A stretch of DNA of 64,000 bases from Candidatus Eiseniibacteriota bacterium (lineage in GTDB: Bacteria; Eisenbacteria; RBG-16-71-46): NCBI GenBank assembly GCA_963744995.1, contig CAVUWA010000005.1, positions 352,001 through 416,000 on the forward strand, in the 5' to 3' direction. Position numbers and translations under genes: made by a program. Below the pieces are notes generated by a model that did not search any database, had not been told where the DNA came from, and was given only the letters and a program-made list of their open reading frames with translations. Shown here one piece after another: positions 57,883 through 64,000 of this stretch; position 1 is the first letter of the stretch; the number at the start of each line of letters is the position of its first letter.

Positions 57883-60800
57883 GTGAACCGCACGAGACGC
57901 ACCACCGTCGTCGCGCTGTGCGCAGCGACCCTGATGACCGCCGTGATGATCGCGGCCCTGCCCCCCATCGCCGCCGGCGCCACCATTCCGATCCAGTCGA
58001 CCACCTGGGCCCCCACGGGTCCGGCGGCGTCGGCCCACTTCGGCTTCTCCGTGGCCACCGCCGGCGACGTCAACGGCGACGGATTCAGCGACGTCATCGT
58101 CGGCGCTCCGTACTACGGCAACGGTCGCGCCTGGGTCTACTACGGCGGAGTGGACATGGACGATACGCCCGACTGGACGGTGGGTGGGCCGGCTTCGTCG
58201 GGGTACGGCTGGTGCGTCGCGCCTGCCGGCGACGTCAACGGCGACGGCTACGACGACGTGCTCGTCGGCGCCCCCGGCGGCGTCGGCTTCGCTTTCTGCT
58301 ATCACGGCTCCGCGAGCGGCCTCGAAGGCGTCCCCGCCTGGTACGTGACGAGCGCGTCGGGGTCGAACTTCGGCTATTGCGTCGCCACGGCGGGCGACAT
58401 CAACGGCGACGGCTACTCGGACGTGCTCGTCGGCGCGCCCACCTGGGGCGGACAGTTCGGACGGCTGGGCCGCGCGCAGTTGTTCCTCGGAGGCCCGACG
58501 GGCCTGGAGGTGTCATCGAGCTGGGGCGTGGTGGGAACCGATCCCGCCGAGCTCGGCAGGAGCGTGGCCTCGGCGGGTGACGTCAATGCCGATGGCTACG
58601 ACGACTTCCTCGTCGGAGACCCGGGCTACGACACCGGGATCCTGACGTCGGATCGGGGGCGCGTCCAGCTCTTCCTGGGAGATCCCAGCGGGACCCCCGT
58701 AGAGAGTTCATGGAATCTGATCGGTCCCGGGCCGGATGCGAGGTATGGCGAGGTCCTTGCGCCGGCGGGGGATGTCGACCGCGATGGGTACGCGGATGCC
58801 ATGATGGGGTCTCCCAGGTACTCGAACTACGCGGGACGCGTCGTCTTTCTCAAGGGGAACGCAACCGGGTTCACGGCGCAGTGGACGCGCGACGGGGCGG
58901 CGACTTCGGGCTATGGGCACTCGATCGCTCCGGCCGGCGATCTGGACGGAAACGGGTATGCAGACGTCGTCGTCAGCACGTTGTTCGGAGGGTCATCTCA
59001 GGAAGGTCATGTGGACGTTCTCTCGGGAACTCCCGGCGGGCTCATGACGGCCCCCACCTGGGAGCACACCGGGAGTCAGGCGAGCGCGAACTTCGGCCGC
59101 AGCGTGGCGACGGCGGGCGACGTGGACGGGGACGGATTCGCGGATCTCCTGATCGGCGAGGACTTCTACGACGACGGCGGCAACGCCAGCGCGGGGCGCG
59201 TACACCTCTTTCGGGGCGCGACCGCCGGCATCGGCGTGGGCGGCTTCTGGTCGCGCAACGGCCAGCAGGATGGCGAGCACTACGGCATGGCACTCACGAG
59301 CCCCGGTGACGTCAACGCGGACGGATTCGAGGATCTTCTGGTCGGATCGCCGCTCTTCGACGGGACGGGAGGCGCCGAGACCGGGCGCGTGGAATTGATA
59401 TACGGAAGCGACACGGGGCTCGACGCCGCCGCCACGACGCCCTGGAGCCTCGAAGGTGACGCGGCCGGCGACGGCTTTGGATTCGCATTGTCCTCCGCGG
59501 GCGACATCAACAACGACGGTTTCGACGACTTCCTCGTCGGGGTCCCGGGCGACGATACGCGGGGCTCCGACGCCGGCCAGGCTCGCCTCTACTACGGCGG
59601 CGCTTCCGGGCCCTCGTCCACCCCCGCCTGGGCGAGCGACGTGGGCTCGGCAGGTGACAGCATGGGCACCGCCGTGGCCGCCGCCGGCGACGTCAACGGC
59701 GATGGTTATCGGGACGTCATCATCGGATCGGGAGCCTATGGCAGCAGCGGCGCCGCCTTCTGCTACATGGGAACGCCGACCGGCCTCTCTCCCACGCCGG
59801 CATGGATGCTCGCGGGCCCGCAGGCCGGATCGCGCTTCGGCTTCGCCATGGGCTCCGCCGATCGAGACGGCGACGGCTACACCGACGTCTTCATCGGCCT
59901 GCCGGGCTGGGACGGCGCGGAGGTCGACGAAGGACGCGTCCTCGGCTATCGAGGCGGGCCCGCCGGACTCGACACCACCCCGACCTGGGACTGGGACGGC
60001 AGCACGATTGCGTTCGTGAATCCGGCCGCCGGCATCCAGCTCGGGTACGCCGTGTGCGGCGTTTCGAACCCGACGGGAGGCACCGATGGCGTGGCCTTCT
60101 CCGCGCCGTGGTACCTCTCCGGCGGTACGGTGCGTGGGTACGTCCGATTCGAATTCGACGATGTCGGTCCCGACGGCACGGTCGGCGGCGAGACGGGCGA
60201 GTTGCGCGGTTTCTCGCTCGCGGCCGGCGGCGACTGCAACGGCGATGGTCGCGGCGACGTGGTCATCGGCGCACCGTACAGCACGTCCGCCTATCCGCAG
60301 ACCGGCAACTGGGGCGTCCACTCGCTGATCGACTACCAGGAGTGGTGGAACATCGGGAACCATTCCTCGTCGTTGGGCGGCTATGCCGTGGCGGCCGGCG
60401 ACTTCGACGGTGACGGCATCTGCGACGCGGCAGCTTCGTTGCCGGACTACAGCCCGATCATGGCGGGCACCCATAGAGGCCGGGTGGCCTGGCGTCGTGC
60501 GGGTTCCTCCGGCTATTCGACTCCATACGCGCCGGACCTGTGGAATGGCGCCGGGAACCGGTTGTCGCGCCTCGGCGTGACGGACGAAGACGACGCGGTT
60601 CATCTGCACATGTCCCGTGCGCAGAGTGCCGCCGGCCGGACGCGCGTGCGCCAGGAGTGGTGGGTGTATCCGACCGCCGACGGACCGGCCCCGGAAGACC
60701 TCACGATTTCGGGCACGGGCACGTGGACGGACACGGGACCGCGCGCGTATCCGAACGGATCGTCGGTAGAGCTGCTGGACGACGTGACGGGTCTGATGCC

Positions 60801-61227
60801 GTCCACGCTCTACAGCATTCAGTGCCGGCTGCACACGAAGAGCCCCTTCTTTCCGTTCACACGCTGGTTCCGGGTCAGCAACGCGGGACGCAATCAGGGC
60901 CACTTCCGCACGGCAGGGTCCGTCCTCGCGGTGGGAGATCCGCTTCCGGGTCCGGGACAGACCCTGCTGGCGTACCCCAATCCGTTCCGCGTGGGCACGC
61001 GGTTGCGTTTCACCCTGCCGTCGCCAGGTGAACTCGAAGCGCGGATCTTCGACACGGGCGGGCGCCTGGTGCGAACGTTCGCGCGTCGCAACGTCGAAGC
61101 AGGACCTCAGGAGCTGATCTGGGACGGCCGTACCGACCGCGGCGAACCGGCGACGACCGGAATCTACTTCCTGCGCGCCACGAGCGGATCGAACCGGGTC
61201 GGCGGTCGGATCGTCCTGATGCGCTGA
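57883..61227 (+). CDS. Secreted integrin-alpha-like FG-GAP repeat protein with CTD
   Basis: GGAGGT RBS; signal peptide; about 14 'AGDVNGDGxxD..GAP' repeats; PNPF..WDG..GIYFLR. Confidence 0.9.
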   Translation: MNRTRRTTVVALCAATLMTAVMIAALPPIAAGATIPIQSTTWAPTGPAASAHFGFSVATAGDVNGDGFSDVIVGAPYYGNGRAWVYYGGVDMDDTPDWTVGGPASSGYGWCVAPAGDVNGDGYDDVLVGAPGGVGFAFCYHGSASGLEGVPAWYVTSASGSNFGYCVATAGDINGDGYSDVLVGAPTWGGQFGRLGRAQLFLGGPTGLEVSSSWGVVGTDPAELGRSVASAGDVNADGYDDFLVGDPGYDTGILTSDRGRVQLFLGDPSGTPVESSWNLIGPGPDARYGEVLAPAGDVDRDGYADAMMGSPRYSNYAGRVVFLKGNATGFTAQWTRDGAATSGYGHSIAPAGDLDGNGYADVVVSTLFGGSSQEGHVDVLSGTPGGLMTAPTWEHTGSQASANFGRSVATAGDVDGDGFADLLIGEDFYDDGGNASAGRVHLFRGATAGIGVGGFWSRNGQQDGEHYGMALTSPGDVNADGFEDLLVGSPLFDGTGGAETGRVELIYGSDTGLDAAATTPWSLEGDAAGDGFGFALSSAGDINNDGFDDFLVGVPGDDTRGSDAGQARLYYGGASGPSSTPAWASDVGSAGDSMGTAVAAAGDVNGDGYRDVIIGSGAYGSSGAAFCYMGTPTGLSPTPAWMLAGPQAGSRFGFAMGSADRDGDGYTDVFIGLPGWDGAEVDEGRVLGYRGGPAGLDTTPTWDWDGSTIAFVNPAAGIQLGYAVCGVSNPTGGTDGVAFSAPWYLSGGTVRGYVRFEFDDVGPDGTVGGETGELRGFSLAAGGDCNGDGRGDVVIGAPYSTSAYPQTGNWGVHSLIDYQEWWNIGNHSSSLGGYAVAAGDFDGDGICDAAASLPDYSPIMAGTHRGRVAWRRAGSSGYSTPYAPDLWNGAGNRLSRLGVTDEDDAVHLHMSRAQSAAGRTRVRQEWWVYPTADGPAPEDLTISGTGTWTDTGPRAYPNGSSVELLDDVTGLMPSTLYSIQCRLHTKSPFFPFTRWFRVSNAGRNQGHFRTAGSVLAVGDPLPGPGQTLLAYPNPFRVGTRLRFTLPSPGELEARIFDTGGRLVRTFARRNVEAGPQELIWDGRTDRGEPATTGIYFLRATSGSNRVGGRIVLMR

Positions 61228-61522
61228 TGAACGGGTCGCCGGCGGCTCCCGGGACCGGGTTCCCCCGCCGCGCGGGGCCCATTCACGAAATGGCGCGGCG
61301 GCCCGGGGTGCGGGGCCTCTTCGCGTGAGGACCCGGCATCGTCGCGAACCGTCCCCGCCCGAATTCCCGGAATGCCGCGAACCCGTTGCGCGGCCGGGAG
61401 AGCCCGGTTCGGCCTTGCGCTGACCCCTCCGGCAGGGTATGCCCCGAAGACGACGGCGTTCCAAACGGGCCTCTGGGGGGACCCTCGCCCATGGACATGA
61501 ACGAAGTCTCGGACGGCGGCGG

Positions 61523-62704
61523 GTGAGTCGGCACGAAACCGCAGCCGATCTCTCGATCGACGGCATCCGGCTGGATCGAGAGGACAGCGCATGGGTGGCC
61601 TCGGCTGATCTCGACGGCGAGCGGTTGTGGTTCAGCACCCTGGACGTCGAGTTGCGTCCGCTTCCCGAGGCGTTCGCGACGGCCGCTCTGATTCCGGCCG
61701 CGGCCGCGGGGCAGGCGGTGCGCGTCGCCGCGCCACTCGATCCCGTGTGGCAGGAGAACGCCGCGCGTGCGCTCGAGCTGATCAAGGAGTGGTGGCGCTA
61801 CGATGCACCTCCACCCCGATCGGCGTCGTCCGGCGCGGCGACCGATTCCGGCGCCCCTGCCCCTCCACCGCCCGAAGGGCCTGCTCAGGCCGGCCGTACC
61901 GCGCTGTTCTTCAGCGGCGGGGTGGACTCGTTCCACGTTCTGCTCGCGGATCCCGCCGACATCGACGTGCTGGTGATGGTGCAGGGGTTCGATTTCGATC
62001 TCGACGACGCAGCGCGGGCCGCGGAAGCCGAGCGCTCGCTGCGCGAAGTCGCCGCGAAGACCGGCAAGCAGGCCGTGTTCATTCGCACCAACGTCAAGAC
62101 GCATTCCCGGCTCGCGCGGGTGACGTGGGATCGCACGCACGGGACCGCCATGGCGGCCATCGCCCACCTGCTCTCCGGGCAGGCGGGCCGCGTCAGGATC
62201 GCGCCGAGTCTGCCGGGCGACCGGGACGTTCCATGGGGCACGCATCCGCGCCTCGATCCGCTCTGGTCCAGCGAGCGCATGACGATCGCTTCGGATCTCC
62301 CCGGGGACCGCATGGAACGTGTGCGCGCCATCGCGACGGCGCCGCTCGCCTGGGACCATCTGCGCGTCTGCTGGCAGAACTTCGCGCCCACGGGCAACTG
62401 CGGCCGGTGCGCGAAGTGCATCGTCGCGATGGTGATGCTCGAAGCGTGCGGCGCGCTACAGCACTTTCGCGTGTTCGGAGACACGCGCGATCTGGTCGCG
62501 CGCGTGGACGCATTGCGCCGCACGGCGGATCGGTATCACTCCCTCGAGCAGATCCTGCGCGAGGGACACCTGCGGCCGGACGTCGCAAGGGCCGTCCGTG
62601 ATCTCGCGCGGCGCAGTCGGATCGACAAGAGCTGGCCGGTGCAGCTGAGACGGCGCGTCGCCGGCGTGGTGCTGGGCTGGTTCGGGATCGTCCGGAAGAA
62701 GTGA
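61523..62704 (+). CDS. PP-loop (adenine nucleotide alpha hydrolase) protein with Cys cluster; start uncertain
   Basis: FSGGVDS and VCW..NCGRCAKC motifs. Confidence 0.7.
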   Translation: MSRHETAADLSIDGIRLDREDSAWVASADLDGERLWFSTLDVELRPLPEAFATAALIPAAAAGQAVRVAAPLDPVWQENAARALELIKEWWRYDAPPPRSASSGAATDSGAPAPPPPEGPAQAGRTALFFSGGVDSFHVLLADPADIDVLVMVQGFDFDLDDAARAAEAERSLREVAAKTGKQAVFIRTNVKTHSRLARVTWDRTHGTAMAAIAHLLSGQAGRVRIAPSLPGDRDVPWGTHPRLDPLWSSERMTIASDLPGDRMERVRAIATAPLAWDHLRVCWQNFAPTGNCGRCAKCIVAMVMLEACGALQHFRVFGDTRDLVARVDALRRTADRYHSLEQILREGHLRPDVARAVRDLARRSRIDKSWPVQLRRRVAGVVLGWFGIVRKK

Positions 62705-62880
62705 GGAAGCGCTGCCCCGGATGCCCGGCCGCGGCCCGCGGTCGCCATGGCCGCGCCCGCGCCATGTCCAGGCGAAAATCCGCAGAGGCCTCACAGGCAC
62801 GCACGAATGCCGCGCCTCGGTCTATACTCGACAGATCCTTGTAGGTTGAACGCTACCCCGACCGGGCAGGGGACGGCCTC

Positions 62881-63567
62881 TTGACGACCACTCGATCCTC
62901 AGGCTCCCGGCTCCGCCGCGCGTGCGGCCTGCGCCTGCTGGCCCTGGCCGCGTTCACCCTCGCGATCGGAGCATGCGGGCGCGAGAACCCCGTCGCCGTG
63001 CGCACGTACTCGCTTTCGGGTCCGGTCGTGCTGTCGGGTTATCTCGTGGACGACGACGGTGCATTCGCGGGAACGCGCATCGTCGGCGACGCGGACGGTG
63101 TGGCGGTCGAGCTCACCGACGGGCGGCGCGTGCTGGCGCGCACGACCACCCACGCCGGCACCTACCGCTTCGATGCCGTCGCCCCGGGGAGCTACCGGAC
63201 GCGGGCCCGCGTGAACGGCGCCGTCAGCGACGAAAGCAACGATCTGACGGTGACCCATTCCGACCTCGTGGCGAAGGACACCCTGAGGCTCGAGTCGTCA
63301 GGCGATCTCTACCCCGTTCCGAACCCCGTGGAGCAGCTGGGAACGGTGATCTTCTTCGACATCCCCGACACGGGCTCGGTGGCGCTCGCCGTGCTCGACA
63401 CCCGTGGGGAAAAGATCCGGACGCTCTCCTACATCAACATCGCGGACAACCTCTACCAGGGCTACTGGAACGGTCTCGATGCGGCCGATCAACCCGCCAC
63501 CGAACCGCTCTACTGGGTCACCTACGAGGGCCCGGGCGGCCCGCGTGCGCAACTGCTGTTCCGCTGA
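62881..63567 (+). CDS. Lipoprotein with prealbumin-like and FlgD-like domains
   Basis: Lipobox IGAC; 'GTYRFDAVAPGSY'; 'PNP..LDTRGEKIRTL..WNG'. Confidence 0.7.
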   Translation: MTTTRSSGSRLRRACGLRLLALAAFTLAIGACGRENPVAVRTYSLSGPVVLSGYLVDDDGAFAGTRIVGDADGVAVELTDGRRVLARTTTHAGTYRFDAVAPGSYRTRARVNGAVSDESNDLTVTHSDLVAKDTLRLESSGDLYPVPNPVEQLGTVIFFDIPDTGSVALAVLDTRGEKIRTLSYINIADNLYQGYWNGLDAADQPATEPLYWVTYEGPGGPRAQLLFR

Positions 63568-63738
63568 GGGGCATGTTCCCGGCGCGCAGGCCCGATTCAA
63601 CACGAGCTTCGACCGATCTCCGCCACGACCCGCACGGAGGCCGCGAGCCATCGCCGATGACTCCGATCCGTCGCCCGGGCCGTCCGCGCCACGGCGGGTC
63701 TGGTTCGGCTTCTGCGCGGGCGGCACGGACTCCGGGAT

Positions 63739-64000
63739 CTAACGATGGAGCACCTTCAGCTGCCCCCAGGTGGTCCGCCTGACGCCCGTGGCTGCATCGG
63801 CATAGGTCGCCACGTTGCAGGAATTGACGCCCGCGACGTGGATGCGCCCTGCGGCGTCGACCGTGACCGCGGCGGCCTCGGACACGGAGGCCTGCCAGCG
63901 CACGCGCAGGGTGCCGTTCGCATCGAGTTTCGTCACGGTGCGAAGGTAGTATTCGGTCGCGAAAACGCAACCTCCGGCATCCACGTCCACGTCGGTGAGC
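63739..64000 (-). CDS. 3' end of an NHL-repeat-like protein with TWGxxK tail (truncated by the window edge)
   Basis: VDVDAGG and VTVDAAG repeats; ends 'VRRTTWGQLKVLHR*'. Confidence 0.7.
   Translation of the reverse strand, partial: LTDVDVDAGGCVFATEYYLRTVTKLDANGTLRVRWQASVSEAAAVTVDAAGRIHVAGVNSCNVATYADAATGVRRTTWGQLKVLHR

Noticed and set aside
55317..61785. Long antisense ORFs (926 aa, 930 aa and similar ones across the window)
   Set aside because: Expected stop-poor shadows of high-GC3 genes; no motifs or RBS.
63735..63745. attC-like GTTAG cores at gene ends (also near 38015 and 43267)
   Set aside because: Explained by Arg codon CGT plus TAG; no paired attC structure or integrase.

Overview
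High-GC bacterial chromosomal window with about 38 protein-coding genes. I found no tRNA, rRNA, CRISPR array or transposase. The FlgD/T9SS-like C-terminal domains and 'TWGxxK..R' tails suggest an FCB-associated lineage such as Ca. Eisenbacteria (inference). In order: TSP3-repeat OmpA; TetR and a BBE-like oxidase; DUF2461; an ECF/anti-sigma/ABC operon; NHL-TPR and MATE-like genes; an FHA-GAF-PP2C phosphatase and Ser/Thr kinase pair; MFS; S9 peptidase; wzm/wzt/pyruvyltransferase; an NHEJ locus (HTH-TPR, Ku, LigD); an ECF/anti-sigma/TPR-CHAT protease module; many large secreted proteins (Asp-box/FG-GAP, M36, GH144, dockerin-like, integrin-like); TMTC-like and GT2 glycosyltransferases; a peptide ABC system; and an ECF-kinase module. 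Top observations: (1) a stand-alone small transcription unit at ~22995-23190 (minus strand) with a near-consensus promoter, 16-nt complementarity to the 16S 3' end, a 13-aa micro-ORF and stacked hairpins; (2) a CRISPR-free, apparently membrane-anchored TPR-CHAT/anti-sigma/ECF module; (3) two coexisting C-terminal sorting signals; (4) probable CTG starts and many leaderless-type genes. Three single-base frameshifts (37.6, 38.7, 49.0 kb) may be sequencing errors.
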